From Nitrospirota bacterium (GTDB lineage: Bacteria > Nitrospirota > UBA9217): DNA of 64,000 nucleotides. The stretch spans positions 1,024,001 to 1,088,000 of the forward strand of contig CAVTRN010000002.1 of NCBI GenBank assembly GCA_963737155.1. The letters are read 5' to 3'. Of the stretch, positions 1 to 11,248 are shown one piece after another. The position numbers and the translations under genes were made by a program. The notes beneath the pieces are model-generated. The model did not search any database. It saw only the letters and a program-made list of their open reading frames with translations, and was not told the DNA's origin. Position 1 is the stretch's first letter; the number at the start of each line of letters is the position of its first letter.

Positions 1-594
1 AAAATTATCGATAGAGAGAAACGCGTTCTCCCGAAGAACATAGGGGATTTTCTTTTTTGCCAATTTCGCCGCCAGCCAGTTGTGGCCGTTCATATAGAAC
101 TGGAGCCGGAACGGTGCCCAGGTGGGAACGCGGAGGTAGCACAGGCCGAACGTCTTGTCGATGAAGTAGAAGTAATAGTGGAGACACTTTCCGGAATCAT
201 ACTTGAGAAAGGTCTTGCCGGTGTTTTTGTCGTGCCAGGGTTTGTAGCTGGTGCAGGCTTCCATGGCCGAGAAGATATGAACAAGGCCGGGTTGCTCGCC
301 ACGCGCTTTGATGATTTCTTTGATCCGAGCCTCTTTACGGAACGCACCCAGCTTGCGGATGAACTCGATCTCAATGCTGTTCTCATTCGCGAGGCCCTCA
401 GCGTTCTCCCGGACTTTTTCCTGAAGCGCTTTGGCGAACTGGGCATAATCGAAAATCTTGATCTGTCGGGCATAGAGGAATGCCGTCATCCCCTTATCGA
501 AGCACCAGCCGGGCAGCGTGCCCTGCATGATCATGCGGTCATAGCAGGATAGTGAACCGGCTATTTTATCTTGGTAGCGTTCAGGAATCATCAT
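1..594 (-). CDS. Putative transposase/Rep-like protein of the HYYFY family (often annotated 'MarR family regulator'), 3' part outside the window
   Basis: Manual translation from ATG 594 (RBS GGAGG) stays open to the edge: MMIPERYQDKIAGSLSCYDRMIMQGTL...GLVHIFSAMEACTSYKPWHDK...GKCLHYYFYFIDKTFGLCYLRVPTWAPFRLQFYMNGHNWLA. Not in the ORF track because no stop lies in the window. Confidence 0.75.
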   Translation of the reverse strand, partial: MMIPERYQDKIAGSLSCYDRMIMQGTLPGWCFDKGMTAFLYARQIKIFDYAQFAKALQEKVRENAEGLANENSIEIEFIRKLGAFRKEARIKEIIKARGEQPGLVHIFSAMEACTSYKPWHDKNTGKTFLKYDSGKCLHYYFYFIDKTFGLCYLRVPTWAPFRLQFYMNGHNWLAAKLAKKKIPYVLRENAFLSIDNF

Positions 595-680
595 AGCAAC
601 CTCCATGACTACAATGAGTAGAGCCTTCATTGTATCATGGTTTTTATAAAACCTCTTGGTTCCGGCTTGTCCGGGTTAGG
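1..680 (-). mobile_element. Putative mobile element carrying the HYYFY protein; probable terminus near 655-680
   Basis: Imperfect hairpin 603-640 and small hairpin ccggcttgtccgg (662-674); sequence becomes visibly more AT-rich after about 680. Confidence 0.5.
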
Positions 681-1402
681 ATAAATAGTATATGATCTCC
701 CACTCCGCAGCTCGTTGAGTTCATCATTGGCAGAGAGCAAGCAATGCGGAGGTTCGTCTGGGTACCAATAGAGAGAACGTATCTAAAGATAGCTATATGT
801 TCAGATGCGTTCTTTACGGTATATGCGATAACCAACATTATGTAAACGATGCTTTACTTAATTCTTTTGACATTGGAGTTTACCCATCAATCACCGCTAA
901 AATCGAAGGCAAAAAATGATCATCACAGCTGACTGCGAAACACGCCTGTGCCAAATGTATCGGGGAAAATTCTGGTGGCAGCGAGTACACGGGGGGGAAC
1001 AAGGAAACAGATGTGACGATTGACGGGAAACCCGTGAACATTGGTGTATGCGTATATCAAGAAGTCAGAGCAGGCATGTTGATATTCGCGATGTAAGCTT
1101 GAAATCCATACTTTGCGTTGAGTAGCGGATTTCACTAGGTAATCGTTCTGAAACGGTCGGAAGTCAAACCGGAATGCTTTCAGTCCAACATGATTGCCAT
1201 TTATGATATGTACGGATATAATAAGCCATGAAGTACTTGACCAAGATGCAATAGAACAACGTAAGGCTTACGAGTCAGGTATTAGTTGAGATTAAAAGAA
1301 TCGGCGAATATAAAACCTTCAATCCTAACATGATCGATCTTTTTATATCAGCGTGCCGGGTCTTTTTGGAAATGCTTATCAAAGTAGTGTGATGGGGTCT
1401 GG

Positions 1403-2896
1403 ATGCTAGAAGAGAAACATCCCATTCAACAGATGCTGGTGCCACTGTCACTAACTGTGATTGTGTTTTATATTCTGCGCAGATCGACAGTTGCCGACCC
1501 CGACCTTTGGGGTTACATGACCTTCGGGCGGCTTATCTGGGATTATAGAACTTTTCCCTATCAAGATATATTTACCTATTTGCCGACACACGATCGATGG
1601 ATATACCACGAGTGGCTTACGGGCGTGTGTTTGTATCCCATATACAAGTTCACCGGCGGTTTCGGGCTTGTCGTCTTTAGAGATCTGCTCGCTTTCGCTA
1701 CTTTGGGCTTTCTCTATCTCGCAGCTCGCATCCGGAAAAGCAGCAGCGCCAGCGCGCTATTATGGCTCGTGTTAGTTTCTCAATTTTTGAAAATCGGATT
1801 CGGTACAGTGCTTCGGGCACAAACCTTCACGTATTTATTTGTTGCCGTAACGGTATATCTTTTGGAAAGATCGCGCCAGAAAGGACAATGGTTTCTCTTG
1901 TTTATCCTTGTCCCCATCCAGATTGTCTGGTGCAATCTGCATGGGGGCTTCTTGGCAGGCCTTGGCATAATCGCTATTTACACTGTAGGGGAAGCTTTTT
2001 CGCGCCGGACATGGCGGCCGTATCTCCTGGTTTTCCTATTATCGGTTTTGTCGACGCTTATCAACCCGTATGGTGTTGACTATTGGACTTACCTATTCCA
2101 TGCAGTTACCTTGCCTCGCAGAGAGATTACGGAGTGGGCTTCTCTCTTTACCGCTTACGGACAACACAGTATTCCCCTTGTCCAAATCATTTGGTATGCG
2201 TGTTTGGGGATCTTGTCGTTGAGGATACTTGTCAAGGCGCGCTGGCGTGAGATTACCCCCATAATGATCCTGTCCGGAACCTTTCTTTTAGGTATACAAC
2301 ATTGGCGTCACATGGTGTTCTTTCCGATGCTTGCCGCTGTGTATCTCCCTGAACCATTTCAGCCCCATATTGAGGATCTGAAAATGCAATTGTCAAAAGT
2401 CCGGATATGGCTAAAAGAAAAGGTTCCAGTTGCCTTCGTTGGCTCAAGACAAATGACTACTATCTTCATAGCGATCCTAATCTTCCTTATCTGTGTTTTT
2501 ACTGGCTCGTCTTCTTTCTCACTTATGATTCCGACACAGGGAAAAGGACAGATTATGTACTATCCGACCGGTGCGATGGAATATATGAAGAAACACTATT
2601 CATCAGGCAACATCCTGACCATCCTTGAATGGGGGGAATACTTGATCTGGAACCTTGGACCGCGTATGAAGGTTGGGTTGGACGGCCGATATGAAACAGT
2701 CTACCAGGACCATGTGGCAAATGAATACTTTGATTATATCAGCGGCAAGAAAAATGGTTTTCTTGATGCCTATGCTCATGAGTTGGTGTTGTTCAGGCCT
2801 GATACTCCTCCTGTCGCTTCCCTTCAGCATAATCCTGATTGGAACGTTGTCTATAAGGATACGGACAGCATTCTATTTACAAGAGTTAGACGCTGA
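1403..2896 (+). CDS. Polytopic membrane protein, probable GT-C-fold glycosyltransferase-like
   Basis: 497 aa with many TM segments; DPDLWG after TM1, W..HEWL, R.QTF, WCNLHGGF, INPYG, EW, and a C-terminal soluble WGEYL..DGR.E domain. Confidence 0.6.
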   Translation: MLEEKHPIQQMLVPLSLTVIVFYILRRSTVADPDLWGYMTFGRLIWDYRTFPYQDIFTYLPTHDRWIYHEWLTGVCLYPIYKFTGGFGLVVFRDLLAFATLGFLYLAARIRKSSSASALLWLVLVSQFLKIGFGTVLRAQTFTYLFVAVTVYLLERSRQKGQWFLLFILVPIQIVWCNLHGGFLAGLGIIAIYTVGEAFSRRTWRPYLLVFLLSVLSTLINPYGVDYWTYLFHAVTLPRREITEWASLFTAYGQHSIPLVQIIWYACLGILSLRILVKARWREITPIMILSGTFLLGIQHWRHMVFFPMLAAVYLPEPFQPHIEDLKMQLSKVRIWLKEKVPVAFVGSRQMTTIFIAILIFLICVFTGSSSFSLMIPTQGKGQIMYYPTGAMEYMKKHYSSGNILTILEWGEYLIWNLGPRMKVGLDGRYETVYQDHVANEYFDYISGKKNGFLDAYAHELVLFRPDTPPVASLQHNPDWNVVYKDTDSILFTRVRR

Positions 2897-3004
2897 CATT
2901 CTTCAAGGTTGGCGCTCTATGTACTAAAATCGCGTCGTCTAACGACTTTTTTTATGCAATATTAGGGTCAATAAGAAACAGTCGCTTCCAATCGCTATCA
3001 ATAA

Positions 3005-6000
3005 TTGTCCGAAGGAATCAAAAACATGTACTGGTTAGTATTAACTTTGTTTTTCTTCTCAGGAGTTTGCGGACTAATTTACGAAGTTGTCTGGTCCAGA
3101 ATGATGCAGGTAATTTTAGGCAGGAGCACGCTTGCTATTGGAATCGTCCTCGCAGCCTTCATGTCGGGTCTTGCGCTCGGCAGCTATTTAATCGGGAAAT
3201 ACTCTGACCGGAGCCGGAACTCCCTGCGGCTCTATGCCTTTTATGAGATTGGCACCGGTCTTGCTGCTTTTGTCGCAACGTTCCTGCTGGGCAGGTTAAT
3301 CCCGCTCAATGTCTGGGCGCATACAAATTTTGGTAATTCACCACTGGTGCTTGCCATTTGTCAATTTTTGATCGCGTTGACCCCTCTAATGATCCCGACT
3401 ATCCTGATGGGTGCTACGCTGCCGATCCTCTCCCGTATCGTTGTCACGCAGCTGTCCAAGGTTGAACGAGACCTGGGGCGCCTCTATGCCATTAATACAG
3501 TCGGAGCGGTGATCGGAAGTCTCGCGTCCGGCTTCTTCCTCATCAAACATCTCGGTGTGCATGGTGCAGTTTATTTTGCCGTTATCGGTAATTTAGCCGT
3601 AGGAGCGCTTGCCTGGCTTGCCTCGGCACGGAGCGACATTTTGAATGCCGCTTCTCCTGCTTCTCTATCAGAAAGTTCCATCCAGCCCCCTCCCATGGAT
3701 GCGCCGACTCGGCGAAAATTCCGGATCATACTCGGGGTATTTGCCCTCTCCGGTTTTGCATCGTTTGCCTATGAGGTCTTCTGGACCCGCTCACTTGTTT
3801 TCCTTATGGGGAACACAACCTACGCCTTCTCTTTGATGCTTACAGCATTTCTGTCGGGGATTGCCCTCGGCGGATACGGGATACGTTTCGTCGCAGAGAG
3901 GTTCAGGAATCCCCTGCGTTTGTTCGCGATAATCGAGGTCCTCATCGGGATCTTTTCAGCTGCGTCTCTACCTCTACTCTTTTCCATCGTGCAGTCTGCC
4001 GTCATTAGGGCGATTATTTATCTTATGTCCGGTCATCTCGGGTTGCTTGCTTTGTCGGATTTCGGGGTTGCGCTAGTCATTATGCTCGTGCCCGCTACTC
4101 TGATCGGGGCAACTTTTCCTTTAATGGGGCGGGTATTCCTCGACGACCTGACGAATACCGGTACTACTGTGGGGAAGGTCTACGCTGTCAATACGGTTGG
4201 CAACGTTTTGGGAGCGCTGCTCTCTGGTCTCCTGATCCTGCCGCTGATGGGCATACAGAAAGGCATCCTTCTCATGGCTACCCTGAATATATTCCTGGGT
4301 ATCGTAATTGCGTTCTCCCGCCGGAAAAACGCTCTGGCAACGACAGCTGCAACTACGATCGTATTCATCGTTCTTGCTCTGGGCCTGTTCCGTACGTCAA
4401 TTAATTTCCAGTTCCCGTCGGAGAAACAAACACAACAAGATGCAGTACTTTTTTACAAGGAAGGGAGCCTTGTAACAACAAAAGTATGGACCAGCACCGA
4501 ACTCGATGACAAGATTATGAGCATCGACGGAATCAATATCGGGGGGACGGAAAACACCGATTACAAGCAGCAAATTTTGGCGCATCTGCCGAAACTATTG
4601 TTAAAATCCTACCGCTCAGAACTTTCAATCGGGCTAGGTTCGGGCATTTTGGCCGGTGAAAGTACCCGCCATGCAGGGCTGCAGAGAATGGTGTGTGTTG
4701 AGCTCGCCCGCGGTGTCGTCGAAGGAGCCCGTTACTTTTCGGAAGAAAATTTCAACATTGTCAAAAATCCCCGCGCCTGCATAGTCATCGATGATGTCAT
4801 CAATTTCCTCCATATGACAAAGGAGCGGTATGATATTATTTCTGCTGACGAAAAAACAGCGCGCCAGTATGCATCAAATTCGATGTCATACTCGAAAGAT
4901 TACTATATGCTCCTGATGCAGCATCTCACCCCCGGCGGGCTCGTCATCCAGTGGGTGCCAACGGACCTTCCATCATCCCAGTATGCCTTGGCAATAAGGA
5001 CTTTTCTCGATGCCTTCCCCCACGTGATGCTCTGGTATTTTCCGCCAGTCGGAAGATCTAACTTTACCAACACCTTTCTCGTAGGCTCCAACAAACACAT
5101 CGACATAGATCCCTCCTGGATGCGTCAGGAACTGGAAACAAATCCTGTGTCGTTTCAAGGTATTCGCAAATATGGCTTGACAACGGCCGATTCAATATTG
5201 GCTCATTTTATTGCCTCCGAAGAAACCTTGCGGCGAGCCATTCCACCTGGGCCGATAAACAGCTTCGAAATGCCTATCTATGAGTTCTATTCTCCCAGGG
5301 ACTATGCTACCCCCCGGCAGGAGAGAGAACTTACCAACCATGAGTGGCTGCTGTCTTTCCGTGGACAGGATTACGACAGATTTGTGGCAAAAGATACCAC
5401 AAGCCCTAATGCTGCCCATCTGAATGCGGCATTTCAGGCAGAAGGTGTTTTTCTCAAGGGACACGCCCTTGAGTTAAAAGGATGGAAAGATCCTACGCTG
5501 GTTCCGTATTACGAGCAGGCCATTGGTATGGCACCATGGGATATGAACCTGCGTAATGAAGTCGCCATCTCCTTCTATATCTTTGCCAAGGAATGCGCCG
5601 CGCGTGGTGATTATCCCAGAGCAGCAACATACTTTCGTCGTGCGACAGAGATATTCCCTGAGAGCCCCGAGTTTCATTATCAATACGGAGTGATGATGCT
5701 CCAGTTTATGAACAATGCGAACCCGAGCATCAAGGAGTTTCAACAAGCCTTATCGTTGAACCCAAGCTTCGTGCCTGCACTTCGGAGTTTAGGTGCAATT
5801 TATGCATCCCTCGGGAATATGGACAAGGCCCTTGAGCTATGGCAAAAAGCCCTTGCGCTTAACCCGAATGATGTAATTGCTCTCATCTTCAATGGGCAAT
5901 ATCTCATGAAGCATACGGGGAGTTCGGAGGAGGGGATGGAATACCTCCGGAGGGCGTACAGTCTGGCACCTAAAAACCCCACTGTACTCAAAGCGTATCA

Positions 6001-6010
6001 ACTTCTTTAA
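3005..6010 (+). CDS. Fused MFS-like membrane / spermidine-synthase-like SAM-binding protein with C-terminal TPRs
   Basis: Duplicated membrane module (SG..GLIYEVVW; GATLP/GATFP; LYAINTVG/VYAVNTVG), IGLGSGI motif, LTPGGLVIQW, TPR repeats. Start may be ATG 3026. Confidence 0.85.
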   Translation: MSEGIKNMYWLVLTLFFFSGVCGLIYEVVWSRMMQVILGRSTLAIGIVLAAFMSGLALGSYLIGKYSDRSRNSLRLYAFYEIGTGLAAFVATFLLGRLIPLNVWAHTNFGNSPLVLAICQFLIALTPLMIPTILMGATLPILSRIVVTQLSKVERDLGRLYAINTVGAVIGSLASGFFLIKHLGVHGAVYFAVIGNLAVGALAWLASARSDILNAASPASLSESSIQPPPMDAPTRRKFRIILGVFALSGFASFAYEVFWTRSLVFLMGNTTYAFSLMLTAFLSGIALGGYGIRFVAERFRNPLRLFAIIEVLIGIFSAASLPLLFSIVQSAVIRAIIYLMSGHLGLLALSDFGVALVIMLVPATLIGATFPLMGRVFLDDLTNTGTTVGKVYAVNTVGNVLGALLSGLLILPLMGIQKGILLMATLNIFLGIVIAFSRRKNALATTAATTIVFIVLALGLFRTSINFQFPSEKQTQQDAVLFYKEGSLVTTKVWTSTELDDKIMSIDGINIGGTENTDYKQQILAHLPKLLLKSYRSELSIGLGSGILAGESTRHAGLQRMVCVELARGVVEGARYFSEENFNIVKNPRACIVIDDVINFLHMTKERYDIISADEKTARQYASNSMSYSKDYYMLLMQHLTPGGLVIQWVPTDLPSSQYALAIRTFLDAFPHVMLWYFPPVGRSNFTNTFLVGSNKHIDIDPSWMRQELETNPVSFQGIRKYGLTTADSILAHFIASEETLRRAIPPGPINSFEMPIYEFYSPRDYATPRQERELTNHEWLLSFRGQDYDRFVAKDTTSPNAAHLNAAFQAEGVFLKGHALELKGWKDPTLVPYYEQAIGMAPWDMNLRNEVAISFYIFAKECAARGDYPRAATYFRRATEIFPESPEFHYQYGVMMLQFMNNANPSIKEFQQALSLNPSFVPALRSLGAIYASLGNMDKALELWQKALALNPNDVIALIFNGQYLMKHTGSSEEGMEYLRRAYSLAPKNPTVLKAYQLL

Positions 6011-6550
6011 TGATCGAAGAAAAACATTTAACCATGTAGTTGCAAGTTTTTTTCACCCGTGAGACTAGGCCAAAATAACGAAATTTGATTGCTGGGAAAA
6101 CTGGCAACAGAATAGAGGAAGGTCTTCTACCACCAGCAGCACCAACAGGCAAGACCCTGGTCTTGCTTCACGACCTGGTTGATTGGATGCTGGTTAGCAA
6201 TAAAAGTTTACCGTAGTACGTATGTCTACGTCGTAAAATATATGCCATGATCATCCAAATTGCACTTTGAATGTCTTGATCCATAGTATATATGCAGTGT
6301 TCTTATTTGAGGGCGTCTAATTTGGCTAAAAGCGCAAGCTTAATATTCTGTGCAAGAAGATACACGAGAAAGCCAATTGTATCTTCGAGATTCCTGATTT
6401 ATATAGGATGCGATTGCATGCTGGATTTATCGGTTGCTCTTTGGGCAGAAGATGGGCCTGTATTCGGAATAGCCAAAGTCATCGGATCACGATGTTATCC
6501 TTATGTCTTGGAATAATGAAATTCTGGGGAATGTTCTGGAGTTATTATAG

Positions 6551-6579
6551 TTGACATGATCAGGGAATAAATATAATAT
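6551..6579 (+). promoter_or_regulatory. Sigma70 promoter upstream of tRNA-Leu/tig
   Basis: Exact TTGACA-N17-TATAAT. Confidence 0.75.
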
Positions 6580-6636
6580 AAATAGTTAACTCCAACGTAG
6601 TAGTACAATAAATGTAATACAATAAATTTCATTTTT

Positions 6637-6721
6637 GCAGGTATGGCGGAATTGGTAGACGCGCCAGACTTAGGATCTGGTGGGTTCCCCCGTCCGAGTT
6701 CGAGTCTCGGTACCTGCACCA
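6637..6721 (+). tRNA. tRNA-Leu(TAG)
   Basis: Acceptor gcaggta/tacctgc, D-loop ttggtagac, anticodon stem ccaga-CTTAGGA-tctgg, long variable arm, GTTCGAG T-loop, encoded CCA. Confidence 0.96.
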
Positions 6722-6886
6722 TAATTCGCAGGGAATTGCTTAGTCATAAGCCCAGCTGCATTGTTAAACCACAGTTCAACGTTCAGAGTTTAAAATTTTT
6801 GCATCAAATCCCAGCTCACTCCACGACACTGCAAAGCACTTGAGACCCTTGAGGCTCTAGTAATTCTCTGATAAGGTGGTAGCGAA

Positions 6887-8167
6887 ATGAAGTCGACTAT
6901 CGAAGACATCAGCTCAGTAAAGAAAAAACTGCATATTCAGGTTACTCCCGATGCAATTGCGGAGGAGATGGTAAAAGCGGTGGCTGATACGGCAAAGAAG
7001 GCGAAAATCCCCGGTTTCCGTCCTGGTAAGGCGCCCAAGGCCGTTGTAGAGCGGCATTACGCGACGGAGATCGAGGCCGAGGTAATGAATAAACTCATTA
7101 CTGCTTCCTATTTGCAGGCCCTTCAGGAGCACAATCTCAATCCGGTGGATGTGCCGAACATTACCAATATTTCCCCCTTTGACAAAGCGGCGCCTCTAAA
7201 CTTTACCGCAGTTGTCGAGGTCCGGCCGAACATTGAACTAGGCGTCTACGAGGGCATTGAGGTTAAGGACGAGAATGTCACGGTGAGCGATGATGAGGTG
7301 AACCAGACCATTGACCACCTCCGCGACATGTACGCGCAACTCGAGGTAGTGGAGGGCCGGCCTGTAGAGAAAAATGACACGGCGATCATCGATTTCGAAG
7401 GGTTCCGTGACGGGAAAGCAATCGAGGGGGCCAAAGCCGTTGATTATATGCTGTCGCTCGGATCGAACAGCCTTATCCCCGGGTTCGAAGAACAGTTAGT
7501 GGGAATGACTCGTGGCGAGACCCGTACGCTCAATATTGCCTTCCCCGCGGACTACAATAATAAGGAATTGGCAGGCAAGGATGCTCAGTTTACCGTCACG
7601 CTGAAGGAAATCAAAAAGAAGGTGTTGCCAGAAGTGAACGATGAGTTCGCAAAGGATATCGGCGACAACAAGTCTGTGGAAGAACTGAAGGAAGGCATCA
7701 AAAAAGACATCGAGATTCGCAAGAAAAATGAACTTGCGTCAAGCCAGCGCGAGGCGATTCTATCAAATCTTGTGGATGCCCATACGTTCGATGTTCCGGC
7801 CGGCATGGTGGAACGGGAGTTTCAGTCCATGGCGCGATCGCAGGCCACTCAGATGGCGAAGCGCGGCGTGGACGTGAAATCGTTTGATTTTGCGAAATTC
7901 CGTGAGGAGAACAAGGATTTGGCTGTGAAACGGGTGAAAGGCATCCTGCTCCTCGACCAGATCGCGGAAAAGGAAAAGATCGACGTCACTGACGAAGAGG
8001 TGAATTCGGCGCTTGCCGTAATGGCGCGCGGTGCTGGCCAGAGCATTGCCGAGGTCAAAAAATACTATGAATCGCTCGAAGGCGGACTGGATAACCTGCG
8101 GTATTCCCTTATCCGCGAGAGGACTCTCAGTCTCTTGCTTTCGCGGGCGAAGAAGAGCTATAATTGA
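6887..8167 (+). CDS. tig: Trigger factor
   Basis: IPGFRPGKAP ribosome-binding motif, FKBP domain (IDFEG, LIPGFEEQL); tRNA-tig-clpP-clpX synteny. Confidence 0.97.
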   Translation: MKSTIEDISSVKKKLHIQVTPDAIAEEMVKAVADTAKKAKIPGFRPGKAPKAVVERHYATEIEAEVMNKLITASYLQALQEHNLNPVDVPNITNISPFDKAAPLNFTAVVEVRPNIELGVYEGIEVKDENVTVSDDEVNQTIDHLRDMYAQLEVVEGRPVEKNDTAIIDFEGFRDGKAIEGAKAVDYMLSLGSNSLIPGFEEQLVGMTRGETRTLNIAFPADYNNKELAGKDAQFTVTLKEIKKKVLPEVNDEFAKDIGDNKSVEELKEGIKKDIEIRKKNELASSQREAILSNLVDAHTFDVPAGMVEREFQSMARSQATQMAKRGVDVKSFDFAKFREENKDLAVKRVKGILLLDQIAEKEKIDVTDEEVNSALAVMARGAGQSIAEVKKYYESLEGGLDNLRYSLIRERTLSLLLSRAKKSYN

Positions 8168-8185
8168 AGAAAGAAAGGAATACTA

Positions 8186-8791
8186 ATGTCTCTCATCCCC
8201 ATAGTTGTTGAACAGACAAGCCGTGGCGAGCGCGCATACGATATTTACTCACGTTTGCTGAAGGACAGGATCATATTTCTGGGCACACCCATTGATGATG
8301 TAGTCGCCAATACCGTTATTGCACAGCTTCTGTTTCTGGATGCAGACGATCCGGACAAGGATATTTACATTTATATCAACTCGCCGGGAGGTATTGTCAC
8401 GGCGGGCCTTGCCATCTATGACACCATGAATTACCTTAAGTCGCCGGTTTCGACCATCTGCATTGGCCAGGCGGCGAGCATGGGCGCCTTGTTACTGGCG
8501 GCCGGCACGAAAGGAAAACGGTTCTCCCTGCCTCATTCACGCATCATGATTCATCAACCCATGGGTGGTTTCCAGGGGCAGGCTACCGACATCGAGATTC
8601 ATGCAAGGGAAATTCTGAAACTGAAGGAAACACTGAATACAATCCTGGCAAATCACACCGGTCAGCCGATCGAGAAGATCCAGAATGATACAGATCGTGA
8701 TTTTTTTATGTCCGGAGAGGACGCCAAGACCTATGGTATCGTCGATGAGGTCATCACGAAGATCAAATCGCGGACCGCGAAGGAGAAGTAA
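8186..8791 (+). CDS. clpP: ATP-dependent Clp protease proteolytic subunit
   Basis: [35 protein letters not shown]. Confidence 0.98.
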   Translation: MSLIPIVVEQTSRGERAYDIYSRLLKDRIIFLGTPIDDVVANTVIAQLLFLDADDPDKDIYIYINSPGGIVTAGLAIYDTMNYLKSPVSTICIGQAASMGALLLAAGTKGKRFSLPHSRIMIHQPMGGFQGQATDIEIHAREILKLKETLNTILANHTGQPIEKIQNDTDRDFFMSGEDAKTYGIVDEVITKIKSRTAKEK

Positions 8792-8810
8792 GTAAAGGAG
8801 AAGTAAACCT

Positions 8811-10052
8811 ATGACGGACAAAAAAGAACATACCACGCCTCTTAAATGTTCCTTTTGCGGCAAGGGGCAGGATGAGGTTAAAAAACTTATCGCAGGGCCT
8901 TCGGTTTTCATTTGTAATGAGTGCGTGGACCTGTGCAACGAAATCATCGCCGAGGAATGGGAGGAGACCAAGGAGGCCAAGATACCCCGGCTCCCGAAGC
9001 CCTCGGAGATAAAGCGCACCCTCGATGAATATGTCATCGGCCAGGAGCGGGCCAAGAAGATACTGTCCGTGGCCGTGCACAACCATTACAAGCGCATCGG
9101 CATCCAGCAGGAAATTGGCGACGAGGTTGAACTTCAAAAAAGCAACATTCTTCTCATTGGTTCGACAGGCGTGGGAAAGACACTCCTCGCCCAGACACTT
9201 GCCCGGATCCTCGACGTGCCTTTCACTATTGCAGACGCTACGACGCTGACTGAGGCCGGCTACGTAGGGGAGGACGTGGAGAATATTATCCTGAAGCTCC
9301 TCCAGAACGCCAATTATGACGTGGAGCGCGCGCAGCGCGGGATCGTGTACATCGACGAAATCGACAAGATTAGCCGAAAATCCGAGAGCCCGTCGATTAC
9401 CCGTGATGTGTCAGGCGAGGGCGTGCAGCAGGCGCTCCTCAAGCTCATTGAAGGAACCATCGCCAGCGTTCCGCCGCAGGGCGGCCGCAAGCATCCGCAC
9501 CAGGAATTCATTCAGGTGGACACGAAGAACATCCTGTTTGTCTGCGGGGGCGCTTTTGTCGGCCTCGATACCATTATCGAACAGCGCGTCGGCCAGAAGA
9601 CCATGGGATTTGGCGCCGATATCCAGAGCAAAAAAGAGAGAAAACTGAGCGAGACGCTTGCCCATCTCCAGCCGGGTGACCTGCTGAAATACGGGCTTAT
9701 ACCGGAATTTATCGGGCGCATGCCGGTGGTAGCGACGCTTGAGGAACTTGACGAACATGCGCTCATCGATATTCTTACGCGGCCCAAGAACGCCCTCGTC
9801 AAGCAGTACCAGAAACTGCTGGGGCTGGAAGGCTGCAAACTGCGCTTCACCGACGATGCGCTTGTCGCGATCGCAAAAAAAGCGATCCTCCGGAAAACGG
9901 GCGCACGCGGATTGCGCGCAATCCTGGAAGACGTGATGCTGAACGTGATGTACGATATTCCGTCCCAGCCGGGCATCCGCGAATGCATCATCAATGGAGA
10001 GGTAATCATCGACGGCGCGGAACCGCTGCTTATTTATGAGAAGATAGCGTAA
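8811..10052 (+). CDS. clpX: ATP-dependent Clp protease ATPase subunit
   Basis: CSFC..CNEC zinc finger, [28 protein letters not shown]. Confidence 0.98.
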   Translation: MTDKKEHTTPLKCSFCGKGQDEVKKLIAGPSVFICNECVDLCNEIIAEEWEETKEAKIPRLPKPSEIKRTLDEYVIGQERAKKILSVAVHNHYKRIGIQQEIGDEVELQKSNILLIGSTGVGKTLLAQTLARILDVPFTIADATTLTEAGYVGEDVENIILKLLQNANYDVERAQRGIVYIDEIDKISRKSESPSITRDVSGEGVQQALLKLIEGTIASVPPQGGRKHPHQEFIQVDTKNILFVCGGAFVGLDTIIEQRVGQKTMGFGADIQSKKERKLSETLAHLQPGDLLKYGLIPEFIGRMPVVATLEELDEHALIDILTRPKNALVKQYQKLLGLEGCKLRFTDDALVAIAKKAILRKTGARGLRAILEDVMLNVMYDIPSQPGIRECIINGEVIIDGAEPLLIYEKIA

Positions 10053-10182
10053 AGCTGCAGACAACCAGGCGGCACGTCGCAAACAGCAGACAGTGGCCAG
10101 GAGCGAAAATCATACAGTAGATTTTGCCCTGGCTTTTTTCTTCGTTTCTGATTCCCTACTTTTGACTTTCCTGTATAGACCC

Positions 10183-10767
10183 ATGAAAATTCGTTCAGCC
10201 GAATTCGTTATCAGCGCACCGGGACCGAAGCAGTTTCCCATAGACAAGCGGCCGCAGATCGCCTTTGCTGGCCGCTCGAACGTCGGGAAATCGTCGATCA
10301 TCAACGCCCTGCTTCACGAGAAAAACCTGGTGAAAACGAGCCAGACGCCTGGCAAGACACAGCTGATTAATTTTTTCATTATCAATGCAGACTTCTATTT
10401 CGTCGACCTGCCGGGGTATGGATATGCCCGCGTTCCCCGTGCAGTGACCGATGGCCGGGCTCCCATGGTTGAAGGTTATTTGAAAGACTCACCGGCATTG
10501 CGTGCCGTGGTGGTCCTTCTGGACAGCCGCAGAGAACCAGATGAACGTGACCAGCGGCTTATAGAATGGCTCAGGCAGTATGATATACCGGCGATATTCT
10601 CCCTCACAAAAGCGGACAAACTGAACCGTCAAGAGGCCATTCGCGCGCAGCGTGACATTCAGGCACGCCTGGGACTGAAGGATTTGCCGTTTCTTTCGTC
10701 CTCCAAGAACGGCGAGGGAATGAGCAGCCTCTGGGGCGCGATCGTTAAACACATCGGGAAAGATTGA
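10183..10767 (+). CDS. engB: Ribosome biogenesis GTPase YihA/EngB
   Basis: GRSNVGKSS, PGKT, DLPGYG, TKADK; start moved to ATG 10183. Confidence 0.95.
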   Translation: MKIRSAEFVISAPGPKQFPIDKRPQIAFAGRSNVGKSSIINALLHEKNLVKTSQTPGKTQLINFFIINADFYFVDLPGYGYARVPRAVTDGRAPMVEGYLKDSPALRAVVVLLDSRREPDERDQRLIEWLRQYDIPAIFSLTKADKLNRQEAIRAQRDIQARLGLKDLPFLSSSKNGEGMSSLWGAIVKHIGKD

Positions 10768-11248
10768 TGTCCCTTTTTCCCTTTGCGTTCTCTGCATTTT
10801 CGCAGGTATTGTCGTTGTATTGCGAAGAATGTCATTGTTCAACGATGCACTCTCATTCTGACTGTTCTATCCGATTTCTGATGGGGGTTTCCATGGAAGT
10901 TCCGAAAGACCTCACTGTTCCCTGCTCTGGGCCACGATGGACGGTTTGATCATCTATGCCGACAGCATCAACGCGGACTCAAAAAAACAATCAAAAGAGC
11001 AAAGTTTCATAAAAGTTATGCTATAATGATTCAATTACGTGCCATTGCATCAACTTCCAGGCGTTAAACCATAATAACGCTAAATGTCTAACACATTAAA
11101 AAATGATAATAAAGTCCCCATGTCCGTGCTTTTCCGCATAGTCCTGAATCTTCAAAGAGTTGCCAATGATGTTAGAATCTGTATTACGGAAAAAGTATTA
11201 AGTATTTGAATCAATATAATAATATTAGAAGTACCGTAAGATGTAGCA

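Noticed and set aside
82-552. 156-aa + strand ORF and 127-aa - strand ORF in the track
   Set aside because: Shadows of the real minus-strand frame starting at 594, which has an RBS and family motifs
680-1400. Short ORFs and a CxxC-like fragment in the AT-rich gap
   Set aside because: No recognisable family and no consistent frame
6643-6843. 66-aa ORF MAELVDAPDLGSG
   Set aside because: It is a translation of the tRNA-Leu sequence
10770-10980. Possible receiver-domain remnant on the minus strand (NSEVFRNF-like)
   Set aside because: Too degenerate to support without a search
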